64,000 bases of DNA, from positions 100,378,001 through 100,442,000 of the forward strand of contig NC_135805.1 in the NCBI RefSeq assembly GCF_964213995.1, read 5' to 3'. Position numbers and translations under genes: made by a program. This document shows positions 52,278 to 64,000 of this stretch, in pieces. The DNA is from Mustelus asterias (lineage: Eukaryota). The notes below the pieces were generated by a model that ran no database searches, was not told the origin of the DNA, and saw nothing but the letters and a program-made list of their open reading frames with translations. Every line of letters starts with the position of its first letter. Position 1 is the stretch's first letter.

Positions 52278-52397
52278 GGGGATTTTCACAGCAACTTAAT
52301 TGCAGTACTAATATAGCCTACTTGTGACAGAAATCAATAAAGGTTTATTTATTAGTGTCACAAGTAGGTTTACATTAACACTGCAATGAAGTTACTG
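52278..52397. repeat. Inverted pair of SINE 3' tails
   Basis: CAGCAACTTAATTGCAGT..CCTACTTGTGACA and TGTCACAAGTAGG..ACTGCAATGAAGTTACTG are complementary. Both match the tail of 46920-47196. Confidence 0.75.
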
Positions 52398-52534
52398 AAT
52401 AAAGCTAAGTAAGGTAGTGAAAAGGGATAAGAAAGATACACTTTAAATTGGATGGAAAGAAGTTGAAATGTGGATGGAGGAAAAAGACAGAGACAAGGGG
52501 GGCATTAAAGTTTAAATTGAATAAAATAAGTGGT

Positions 52535-53430
52535 CATACAAGTTATAGAGCTTTACAGCATGGAAACAGGCCCTTCGGCCCAACTTGTCCATGCCGCCCC
52601 TTTTTATTTTAAACCCCTAAGCTAGTCCCAATTGCCCGCGTTTGGCCCATATCCATCTTACCCATGTAACTGTCTAAACGCTTTTCAAAAGATAAAATTG
52701 TACCCTCCTCGACGACTACCTCTGGCAGCTTGTTTCAGACACTCACCACCCTCTGTTAAAAAATTGCCCCTCTGGACCCATTTGTATCTCTCCCCTCTCA
52801 CTTTAAACCTATGCCCTTTAGTTTTAGACTCCCCTACCTTTGGGAAAAGATATTGACTATCTAGCTGATCTATGCCCCTCATTATTTTATAGACCTCTAT
52901 AAGATCACCCCTAAGCCTCCTATGCTCCAGAGGAAAAGAGTCCCAGTCTATCCAGCCTCTCCTTATAACTCAAACCATCAAGCCCCGGTAGCAACCTAGT
53001 AAATCTTTTCTGCACTCTTTCTATTTTAATAATATCCTTTCTATAATAGGGTGACCAGAACTGTACACAGTATTCCAAGTGTGGCCTTACCAATGTCTTG
53101 TACAACTTCAACAAGACATCCCAACTCCTGTATTCAATGTTCCGACCAAGGAAACCAAGCATGCCGAATGCCGCCTTCACCACTCTGTCCACCTGTGCCT
53201 CCATTTTCAAGGAGCTATGAACCAGTACCCCTAGTTCTCTTTATTCTGTAACTCTCCCCACCCCCTATTATTAACAGAGTAAGCCCTGCCCTGGTTCAGT
53301 CAACCAAAATGCATTACCTCATATTTATCTAAATTAAACTCCATCTGCCATTCATTAGCCCACTGGCCCAATTGGTCAAGATCCTGTTGCAATCCTAGAA
53401 AACCTTCTCCACTATGCCACCAATCTTGGT
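52535..53430 (-). mobile_element. CR1 LINE 3' fragment
   Basis: Same subfamily as 5955 and 12017. Contains RPHLEYCVQFWSPYYRKDII. Confidence 0.92.
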
Positions 53431-53749
53431 CCTTCATAGAGCTTCCCCAAGTGTTTTCCTTCGCGTACAATCAGCGATCCAGGACAAATGCACTAGTTTT
53501 GCGACATGAATTTCTTGCTTGAATTTCCCCTCAAACTCATTTGTCTAGTGCCAAATATAAAATCTTCCATAAACTGTCTAATTGTGGAGCATTTTAGAAC
53601 TTTTTTTTAATTGAATTTTAAAAATTCCTTAATATATTTAAGAATGGAAACCTGGCATAGTTTTATCCTTAAAACTGAAAATGGGTTTATTATAAGAAAT
53701 ATGCATTTTCAATCTGTGCCTAGCCACTTACCTCTGAGTAACCCTGCAG

Positions 53750-53974
53750 TGTCTTGAGTGATTGGCAACCACCAAGTTGAGTAACAAAGGACTATTATAG
53801 TAACATGAACTGTATACCAGAGTGCTAGTACATGTCCCCATCTACTCTGGCTCTCAGCCCCATCCTGCCCGGAAAACGCCTGGGCTCAGCACGGATTTGC
53901 ATGTTCCAGCAAGATTGACCGGTCAGGTCACATGATCCTCAGCGATCTCACCCTTTAAGGGGCCATCTACTATA
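53750..53974 (-). mobile_element. Possible old solo LTR
   Basis: TG start and degenerate end. Has CCCTTTAAGGG near one terminus, as in the LTRs at 59895 and 61053. No TSD seen. Confidence 0.35.
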
Positions 53975-54448
53975 AACTTGATACTTGAATAACTGAAAAG
54001 GACTTTACAAAACTATACAGAACCATTTTTTAGTTGCAATGATGTACGGTAGCCATTTTCATGTTAAATTAAAGAATATTTAAAATGTTCTTTTTAGTGT
54101 CTTTACATTGGGGAAAAAAAAGCTTAATTTTAAGAGCCTCTCCGAAGGACAACAGGTGCAATTATCGGAAGCTCTCCAGTGGGGCTCATTTAATCTGGGG
54201 CAATGAAAAGATTTGTGGGCGAGGCCAACTTTCAATGAGATGAATTTCAAATTTGCTTGGAAAGATTGCAGAAGCTCAGTTTGCCTGGATGCAATTTGCA
54301 TTTGAAATTTATGACATTTTGCACTAAATTTGCTTATTCTTGGGCAAGTTGTGCTGGAAATACCAGTATAGCCAAGTGGAAACTCCAGGCCCTTATGAAG
54401 AAATTGATCTTGGCAACAGAAGAGGTAATGACAAAGGAATACTTAATA

Positions 54449-54907
54449 AGAAGTGGTTAAGAAGGCGTATGGTGTGCTGGCCTTTATCAATCGAGGGATT
54501 GAGTTTAGGAGTCCGGGGATAATGATGCAGCTATATAAGACCCTCGTCAGACCCCACTTGGAGTACTGTGCTCAGTTCTGGTCGCCTCATTACAGGAAGG
54601 ATGTAGAAAAGATTGAAAGGGTGCAGAGGAGATTTACAAGAATGTTGCCTGGATTGAGTGGCATGCCTTATGCGGATAGGCTGAGGGAGCTCACTGCTAC
54701 ACTTATCTACACTGCTAAGAGTCTTACCCTTGATATTATACTCCTTCATCCCATTTGACCTGCCAAAATGTACCACTACACATTTATCCGGGTTGAAGTC
54801 CATCTGCCACTTCTCCGCCCAGTCTTGCATCCTATCTATGTCACGCTGCAGCTTCTGGCATCCCTCCAAACTATCCACAACACCACCAACCTTTGTGTCG
54901 TCGGCAC
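54449..54907. mobile_element. Rearranged CR1: two adjacent ORF2 pieces in convergent orientation
   Basis: 54449-54692 (+) encodes VKKAYG..DRLREL. 54704-54907 (-) encodes ADDTK..TLSSVD. Both are nearly identical to the 49555-51017 subfamily. Confidence 0.85.
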
Positions 54908-55277
54908 GATCTATTTCAATGCACATCTCGTTAACTCAATTGTCTTCTCACTGCCTTCCTACCATCCCTAACCTCTTATTGCATTGGGCAGCAAAGGTGT
55001 CAGGCAACATGCCCACCCTTATTGAAGCCATTTAAGGGACAAATTCAGCCTCTGCTGCTATTTTTCCACAGCAAGGGAAGGTGCAAATAAGATGGAGGGC
55101 CTGGTAGCTTAGCGTGTGGGCTGGTGACAGGCAAGAGACACTCATTTGGGGAGGGTCCCTTTGCCCATCAATGACACACCCACGATCATATCCCACAACC
55201 CTCCCTGGGATTTTCAAATTGCCTTCACCCATCTTGCTGGGGTATGCCAGCCACATCCATGAATAATCCCAGACTTT

Positions 55278-55580
55278 CATAGAATCCCTACAGTGTAGAA
55301 GCAGGCCATTTGGCCTATCGAGTCTGCACTGACCACAAGCCCTACTCCCGCAACCCCACATATTTACCCTGCTAATCTGCCTGACACTAGGGTCAACTTA
55401 GCATGGCCAATCAACCTAACCCCTACATCTTTGGACTGTGGGAGGAAACCAGAGCACCTGGAGGAGACCCACGCAGACACGGGGAGAATGTACAAACTCC
55501 ACACAGACAGTGACCCGAGGCCGGAGTTGAACCCGGGTCACTGGCGCTATGAGGCAGCAATGCTAGTCACTGTACCGCCC
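55278..55580 (-). mobile_element. HE1-like V-SINE
   Basis: Complete body and CR1-type tail (CATAGAATCCCTACAGTG on the + strand). Confidence 0.88.
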
Positions 55581-57919
55581 TGAGACACTCCGCCCCATAC
55601 TTTGAAGTCCAAGCCCATTTACTTTGGAGCTACCTGTAATCTCAGCAGTGGCCGCCACTCGAAACTGGCGCTGCTGACTCTACAGAACTAGTTGTCAATC
55701 CTCCTGGTTATGGGACAGGAGTCTCGCCCTGAAACAATTAAGGTTGTTAGCAGTGTAAAATGACTACTGGGCAACTGGCTTTTGGGTGGGCAGGCTCACG
55801 ACCAACTTTTTCAGTCCTGAGTGGTTTGAGGGCAGGAAACACCCTGTAAATTCCAGCCCTTTAATTCTCTTTCACTCTCCACAGATGCTGCCTGACCCGC
55901 TGAGTATTTCCAGCATTTTTTGTTCTTATTTCAGATTTCCAGCATCTGAAGTATTTTGCTTTAGCATAACAAAGCTTTGTTTCTGTTTAATATAAGAGAT
56001 GAAATGAAGGACCTGAAGGAATGAATGGAATTATAAGGTCAATGCAATTAGCTTAATATATATAGTTAAGATAAAAGGTTCAATATTGATTTCATATAGC
56101 TGGGTTAAAATGTTTAGAATGGATAGGTGGAACTCCAGAGGTAGGACGGAGGAAGAAATAGTTTTACCAAATGAGAGAAACTTTGGATCTCAAACTACTC
56201 AAGTTTCAGTGTGGTTTGAGAGAAAATCTGACAGCATATTTTTCTATTCACTTTTCTCTCATGTACTCAACTCAGTTATTTGCTTCACCCACAGTGGTCA
56301 TGAGATTGAATTCTAACCATTCTAAGTGATTAATTGTCTTTATTTTTCCTTCCAGTGTGCATCACCTCATATTTATCTATGTTAATGTTTATTTGCCACT
56401 TATATACCCAGTCCTCCCAAGTTTCATTATGTTGCATTCTTCTTCAGCATTAGCTACTAAATTGGTAGCATCTGAAAATTTTAATGTTGAGTTACTTGTT
56501 TCTAAGTCCAAATCATTTAGGTAAATTATGAATCATAGTAGCCCCACCACCGATCATTTCTACCTTCCTCCAATCTAATTAACCACCCTTTATTACCATG
56601 TAAAGGAAGGATTGGTGGGGTCATCAGTTACTGGTGATTGATGGCACAGAGTACTCAGCCCTGCAGATCAGGAAGGTGCCAGAGTGTGATCATTATGCTG
56701 AGGTGGTAGATTTCAGTTGCACTGCTGACAGGGACATTCCATATTAACCTTATGGTCCCTGGGCTAAAGAGAAGATTAATCATCCAATGGTTGAATTCCT
56801 GCTTGCCATCCAGTCAACCTTACTTGCAACCGTAACTTTTGGGATGGAGACGAGATTGGGCTAGCCTGGATTTATAGCTTGACAACCCTCATCGAGCTGT
56901 GAGCTGATAAAATTCATCCGGTGGAGGTCAGGAAACTGAAATGGAAGCTAGAGCATGCGTTTCTACTTGACTCTTAATTGGCAGTCTAACATCACCAGCG
57001 CTGCTTATCTGCCCCCTGATCTTCAGTTCTTTGTGCTGGTTGTGTGGGCCACATAATAATGACTTTTGTCCCTGCCATTTGGCAGTCTTTAATTATTATT
57101 GGCACAGACATTACTGCTGAATCCAGTATTCTTTAGTCAACAGGAAAACACATTTTGAAAGTAAATGAAAGAGCAACACACTATCATGAGTGTGATATCC
57201 TGCAATATTCTGTCCTTTCATAAGGTAACTTCAAAAGTATTCAGTACTCGGCAAAAAACTCTTTCACAACAAAAACCCACAGTGGCAAGCTAACGTCAGA
57301 GCTTAATTGACATATCCAAAACTGTTTGGTGTTATATACACAAGGTACTGTTCTTAAATTCCAGCAGATATTCTTTTGTAACCTTGTTCCAAAATTCTGT
57401 TCACATCTGTGAATAATCTTGAGAACATGACTGAATAAATGTCACACGGAAAACAGTCTTATTTTCAAATGCCAACATTTCTGTATGTTTCACTCAAGTT
57501 AGAATATATCCTCAGGATGGAATTTTATAAACTAACAATGCTCATAAAATTGGTGCGATTTCTATGCATATTGAGCTACAGTTCATGTTAGACTGAAGGA
57601 ATGAATTAATTGGGATATGTATGTAATTAGCCCTTTTGAGCAATAAACCCTTCTAAGGACTCTTCAGTTTGATCTATTGAAGGACGTCATAGACTTTGGA
57701 ACTTTTTCCACTTCAAAAGTCAAATGACACTTTTAAAATGTGTTTTTTTCTAAAATAACCTGATGTTACTTGATAATGATCAGTTGCAGGAAAATACCAT
57801 TTCCTAATGGAAGTATTAATAAGTCATGAAAGAAATGTGCATTTTGCACAATTACACAGTGCTGTTGATTCACTCAGCAACATGATTAATAAACTCTACT
57901 AGTTGTTTCTTAACTGGCA

Positions 57920-58705
57920 GCAAGTCCTGTTTTCCCCCATTATCCCTGTGCTCACTGACCTACAGTGGCTTCCAGTCAAGCAGCATCTTGATTTTAACGT
58001 TCTCATCCTTGTTTCTATCTCTAATCTCTTCCAGCCCCACAACCCTCCAAGATATTGCTGAGGGATATATGCCCAATGTTTTTTGTCTTTCACTCATCAA
58101 ATAAAGACGAATGCCAGATTTGGGGCGATCACAACAATTTATACCACAGGATCCCATTTTGTGCAAATAAAGGAATATGTTCAAGCCTTGCACCTTTTTT
58201 CAATTATCTGAAAGCATAGTGAGGCCATCACTCCCCTTCGCTTTTCCATGGTAACGCCTCATTGATTAGAATCATTTTGTCAGCAATCAGCTTTTTCCCT
58301 ATTGGCAAATTGTTGTGATTGCTTGAAATTAGGCACATTTTTGTTTGTCCTGATGAATACTAGATGAAAAACCTCTGCAACATGTCTCCCTTTTCAGCAG
58401 TATTCAAGTTCTGAACTACCAACCTCCAAGATATCTGTGCTCCTCTAATTCTGGCCTCTTATGCACCCCAATTTTAATTGCACCACTGTTGCTGGCTGTG
58501 CCATCAGTTACCTAGGCCCCAAGCACTGGAAAACACTTTCTTTGCCTCACTTTCCTCCTGTAAGATACTCAAAACCTCCCCCCTGGACCCAACTTTTAGT
58601 CATTTATCTTAATATCTCCTAAACAAATTGGACTTATTTTATAATTTCCTATGAAGCATCTCAGAAAATTTTATTATATTAAAGGTGCTATGTAAATATA
58701 GTTGT
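57920..58705 (+). mobile_element. L2-type LINE 3' fragment split by an insertion
   Basis: IIPVLTDLQWLPV-like remnant plus the 3' tail shared with 9648-10145. Confidence 0.7.
58056..58422. mobile_element. Non-autonomous PLE-like insertion with degenerate inverted ends
   Basis: 12-bp TSD CCTCCAAGATAT at 58044-58055 and 58423-58434. CTGATGA..GAAA at 58350-58369, with a weak inverted counterpart at ~58056-58100. Confidence 0.6.
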
Positions 58706-59894
58706 GGTTTTGCAGACTTCAGCCAGTGAATTGTATAGAATTCAGCTGCTTTTGGAAGTCCTTTGCTCACTAATTGAAAGGCAAAATCTATTCTGTGGGT
58801 GATGTTTGTCTGTGATTTTTACATTTTTACTTTATATATCAGGGCAAAAGCAGTTATTTTTAACCTTAATGATCTTAAAATGAAAGTCCACACATTTCAA
58901 TGTCTGGAACGTGGGTTTGAAATTGTCCAAAATTTCAAACCTATCTGATCTAAATTTGACACAACATTTAGGCTTCACTGTGTTCCAGAAATAGCCTCTT
59001 CTGTTTTACGTATGTTGCTAATTTTGTATATTCATACATATAACAGGAGAGAACATTTTTTTAGATAATACAATAAATTAGAATAATGTTGGTTAAAAGC
59101 CAAGTCTACTTATTTAGTGTTTAAAGCATGATGCACTGTCAAAGACAATATTCTAAAGTAATTGGAAAGACTTTTTTTTTCTTTTCAATCAAAGTCAGTT
59201 TTTATGTAAGACTGAAATAAAGCTGTATTGAAGATACTAGTACGAAATAGAAATGTGGAGAATAATGATGTTGGGGATGGTGGTGGGAGTGCTTGAATCA
59301 ACAGCCTGCCCACCCACCATTATTGACTTGGATAATATGCTGCCCACACTGTGTGGCGACTGAACTGGCCAGCTGAACGGAATGGGCAGGCTGTTTTTTT
59401 ATGGCCCAGATTGAAAAGGGCGGGATGGGGACTAGTTACCTCATTTGGAGGATGCCCTTCATGGATCGGGGTGTCACCTGCCCTTCAAAGCCCTGCCCTC
59501 TACATGCACCCAACGCTTTCCAAAATAATATTGTGCATTATTGTATGTTAATTGCTTTGTTAAATTGCATGATTAACACAGGCTGGAGCTGGGCTCTGTT
59601 ATGGTATCTATGTTATTGAGACTGACCAGATCACAGGACATGGCCATGCTAATGACATGTTGCAACAAACTAATTAGAAGCCCACAAAAATATTCAAAGC
59701 AGCCACATTGGACACTGTGAGATCAAGTTTATTCTTGATACTAAACAATTAGTTAAAGTTGCTGATGAAAATAGGGAGGAGTACTTTGTAGATCAAATTG
59801 AATTTCCTTGTACCCTAATTTCCACATCCATAATCAAGAGAATCAAAGAGAAAGTAGAGCTGGCTAGCAATAAAGCAATAAGATGTGCAAATAT

Positions 59895-61235
59895 TGTGGT
59901 GTTTGTACCTTTAAGGGCAACACAGAAAAATAAGGATTACCTGGCCTGCATGACCAACCGGGACTTAGTGTCAAATCACCCCAAAATGAGAGAGATTCCT
60001 AGGCAGAGACATTTTGGGGGCTAGTTGCAGCTGCTGTATAGTTCTTATAAATGAATACATTTTTTGTTTATTAATGAAGTCTGTGAAAGTGCATCATTAC
60101 ATCTGGCGATAAGGACGAATTATCCTGACTCTGTCTCTAGCCTAACATGTGTATCCTGTTTTAAAATAAGTCGGGGGAAAAATATAGCAGGCATGCCTCT
60201 TTTTGGGCAAATCAACCCATTTGAGATATTGCCAGAGCCTGAGTAATGTAGAATCAGAAAGAATAGACAGTTACAAGATAGGTGAGCAACAAAGAGAACA
60301 CAGCCAGACCCCGGGTCAGAATCTACAAGAAAGATGAGAGAAACACACAAACGTACCTCTATTTATATTTTAGACTAAGCCATATTCAGCACTGCTGCCT
60401 CACAGTGCCAGGGACCCGGGTTCAATTCCGGCCTCAGGTGACTGTGTGGAGTTTGCACGTTCTCCTCGTGTCTGCGTGCATTTCCTCCAGGTGCTCCGGT
60501 TTCCTCCCACAGTCCAAAGATGTGCGTGTTAGCTTGATTGGCCATGCCAAATTGCTCCATTGTGTCAGAGGGACTATCAGGATATAAAATGTGTGGTTGG
60601 TGCAGACTTGATGGGCCGAATGGCCTCCTTCTGCACTGTAGGGATTCTATTCTATTCTATTCCATGTGGAAAGATAGATCATTTGTAAACATGTGGACCA
60701 CTTGAAGAATAGAGAAATGCTCCAGCAGTCAATGCTGCCATTAAGAAATGTATTTAAACCGGTAAGCACTGAAGTGCCTGATAGATCTGTTATCAACATA
60801 ACTAATGTCTTGTGGAAGCAAGTAGTACTGAACTGCCTGTGCCAGAAAGGGTACCCTGTTATTGAGGTTCCTATTAATGTCAATCCTGTGGAAGCATCTC
60901 AGACTACAGAATTGCACCGCTCTACAAGAAACAGAAAATCCCCTAAAATCTCAACTTATACTTGTCCAACTCATGTACATAATGTGTAGTTGGTATTTAG
61001 GACAGAGTGGATCAGTTATTGAAGATTGTGTAAAGGAGTTAATGGGGGTGGAAGTGGTGATTGTCCCTTTAAGGGAAACACAGCAGTATAAGGGTCACCT
61101 GGACTCATAATCATCCCATGGTGAGAAAGGCAGAGACATTTTGGGAACTAGCTACAGTCATATGGCTGCTGTAAATTCTTATTAATAAATACCTTTTGTG
61201 TTTATTAATGAAGTCTGTGAAAATGCATCATTACA
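59895..61235 (+). mobile_element. Internally deleted Gypsy LTR element
   Basis: LTRs at 59895-60101 and 61053-61235. PBS-like TGGCGATAAGG and PPT-like AATGGGGGTGGA. TSD AATAT/AACAT. Gag-start-like MPLFGQINPFE and integrase-tail-like KHVDHL..LHRSTRNRKSP. Confidence 0.8.
60387..60662 (+). mobile_element. HE1-like V-SINE nested in the LTR element
   Basis: tRNA B-box GGTTCAATTCC, V-domain body, (TTCTA)n tail. Confidence 0.88.
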
Positions 61236-62439
61236 AACATACATCAAATTGAATCAAGACAACATTGTGAAATGGTGAAAAATTACACAAATTAATGTAT
61301 CAGTGAAATGGAATCGGTATTGTATGTTGCAACATAAGCTAAGAGAACAGAAGAAAATATTGTGACAGAAGGAGGTAAAGTGGTATTGAGCAAGGACTAC
61401 ACTACTGAATTTACCCGAGTGGCAACAGGAGAGGCAAGAAACCAAATCTTTAAATGTAAGAACGATGCCATTGGAGATTGGAATAGTAGTTGTAAATGTC
61501 GAAGGATGATTCAGGCAGCAAATCTGTACATAAAATCAAAATGACCCTCATATTTTTCCTGAATTATAGGAATAAATGTTAATTAGAGAGCTCTAGCTTT
61601 GGAAATTGGAGAGCATTTTAGCCTTGGATAACATTAATTATCCAGCGAGTTGGCTGTAACTGTGATGCACTTAATGCATAAGCATAGTAGATTATGTGGG
61701 AGTCCAAGCATATCAAATGGATTTAGTGAGGCAGATGATTGTTGTACAACAGGTGCATTCTGCACTAAAATTGTTTCTTAATTATTTTGGCTTTATGAAA
61801 CTATAGTGTAGAACTTGCAGTAAACGGTGCTTACTCAGAAACATATGGCCTGCTACTCGCCGAATCTGTTATTCATTGTTTTTATTTTTTTACATTATGC
61901 AAGCAACTGCTGCCTTTCCAAACAAAAGCTGAGTTTTTCCGCCAACTGGTTAAGAGCCAGCTACTAAATATGACTGACAATCGATGGATGACAGAAAATG
62001 TTGTGTACCCTTTGTTTAATATTGTGTAAAAATACTTGATTCGGGTGAAGATATTTCTGTTTGGCAGATATATCCTATGGACAAAGCAAAGCTTGTTAAA
62101 AGCACAGAATGCAACACAGTGCAAGCTTGATTGGAACGAGTTTCTAGTTAAACATCCAGGAGACAAATAAAAATTATACGTTTTCCTGCTGTTCATGTGT
62201 GCATTCATCAAGGTACGGCATGTCAACACGGTGTATTTCCACTGTCTGCATCAAGGACCTCCGGGTTAAATTATACAAATTACATTCAAACTAAGTTATT
62301 TATTTTGTGTTAGCTTTACTATATCCCCAATATCAGAAGCCCAACTACCACTCGCCTCACTTCCCATCAAGTCCATTCTGTTGAGTGAAATTGCAGATGT
62401 GCATCTATTTGTGCTGTGGGACCACACCCACTGGGAACT

Positions 62440-62950
62440 GGGTTAGAAACGAAAGCAGGCTATTCAGCCCATTGTGCCTGCTCCGCCACTCCATATAATC
62501 ATGATGTAGCGATGCCAGTGTTGGACTGGGATGGGCACAGTAAGAAGTCCCACAACACCAGGTTGAAGTCCAACAGATTTATTTTGAATCACAAGCTTTT
62601 GGAGCACTGCTCCTGATGAAGGAGCGCTCCTAATTAAAAATAAACCTGTTGGACTTTAATCTGGTGTTGTGAGACTTCTTACTGTGCCCATATAATCATG
62701 TCTGATCGTCCACTTCAATGCTTTTTTTCCCCCACACTATCCCAATATCTTTGATATTGGTGTTTAAAAATCTGTCAATCTTTTAACATGCTCAATGACT
62801 GTATTTCCATAGCCCTCTGGGATAGAGAATGCCAAAGATTCACAACATTCTAACTTTAAAAAGAAAATTCACCTCATCCTGGTCTAAGTGATTTGCCCCT
62901 TATTTTGAAATTGTATCCTCGGACTCTAGACTCCCCTACCAGAGGAAACA
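62440..62950 (-). mobile_element. CR1 3' fragment hosting a mini-PLE
   Basis: Similar to the 3' end of 26337-27205 (GCCTGCTCCGCCA..ATCATG..CTGATC). Confidence 0.75.
62504..62687. mobile_element. 184-bp palindromic PLE pLTR derivative
   Basis: Two inverted pLTR ends are fused at the hammerhead motif. 13-bp TSD CCATATAATCATG at 62491-62503 and 62688-62700. Confidence 0.88.
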
Positions 62951-62954
62951 AAGA

Positions 62955-63990
62955 GCAGGACAGGAACAGGCCTGTGTGCCAACACAGATGTCTCTCTAAT
63001 CTAAAATTTTCTTGCCTCTACATGTCCATATCCCTCTATTCCCTGCCTATTCATGTATCTATCCAGCTGCCTTTTGAACGTTGTTATAGAATCTGCTTCC
63101 ACCACCTCCTCCGGCAGCATATTCCAGGAATTCACCACCCGCTGTGTGGAAAACCCCGTCCCTTACATCTCTTCTAAACATCCCCCCCCCCCCCCCCTCA
63201 CTTTCAACCTGTGCCCCCTAATGATTGACCTTTCGATCTGGGAAAAAGATTCTGACTATCCACTCTATCCAAGCCTGTCGTAATCTTGTAAACCTCTCTC
63301 CGGTTCCCCCTCATCCTCCAATGAAAACAATCCAAGTTTGTTCAATCTTTCTTCATGGTTCATATCCTCTAAACCAGGCAATGTCCTGGTAAATCTCTTC
63401 TGCACCCTTTCCAATGCATCAACATCCTTCTGGTGGTGTGGCGATCAGAATTGTACACAATACTCCAAATGCGGCCTAACCAAAGTCTTTTATAGCTGCA
63501 ACATGATTTTCCAATTCCTATACTCGACGCCCTGACTGACGAAGGCCAGCATACCATGCGCAGCCTTGACAACTTTGTCCACCTGAATTGCCACCCTTAG
63601 GGAACTGTGGATCTGCATGCCTTGATCCCTCTGTATGCTAATATTTCTAAGGGCTCTACCATTTACTGTATACTTTTCTTCTTAGTCGACCTTCAAAATC
63701 GCATCATCTCACACTTGTCCAGGTTAAATTCCATCTGCCATCTTTCAGCCCAGGCCTCCAGCTGATTTATATCCTGCTGTATCCTCTGACAATCCTCCTC
63801 ACTACTGCTACTTCCCTAACTTTTGTATCATCTGCAAGTTTACTAATCAGACCACCTATATTTTCTTCCAAATCATTGAGATTACGAACACCGCTCGTCA
63901 CACACCTTCAGTTAGCAAAGTACCTTTCCACTGCTCCTCTGTTTTCTATGCCTTGCCAGTTTTGTGCCCATCTTACCAGCTCACCTCATA
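62955..63990 (-). mobile_element. CR1 LINE fragment, diverged
   Basis: Minus strand encodes RPHLEYCVQF and WQMEFNLDKCE-like RT region, with frameshifts. Confidence 0.85.
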
Positions 63991-64000
63991 TGACTTCACC

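Overview
This is eukaryotic, repeat-dense, AT-rich vertebrate DNA. The repeat complement (HE1/V-SINE-type tRNA SINEs, Deu-domain SINEs, many CR1 LINEs, Penelope-like elements) points to a cartilaginous fish, probably a shark; this is an inference. No intact host gene was recognised, so the window looks intronic or intergenic, with one or two possible small exons. Nearly all long ORFs are retroelement fragments or low-complexity artefacts. Contents: about 10 CR1 fragments, GIY-YIG Penelope-like elements (PLEs), a Rex1/Babar LINE, an RTE remnant, L2 tails, two decayed Gypsy LTR elements, three TSD-supported solo LTRs, Harbinger-type MITEs and a ~950 bp C-rich minisatellite. Two things stand out. 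(1) Minimal type I hammerhead ribozyme motifs, with covarying stem I, lie in PLE terminal repeats and in several tiny non-autonomous derivatives. (2) A rearranged U2 snRNA-derived retroposon is flanked by a 9-bp TSD. Family names come from motif recognition by eye, not database searches, and boundaries without TSD support are approximate.
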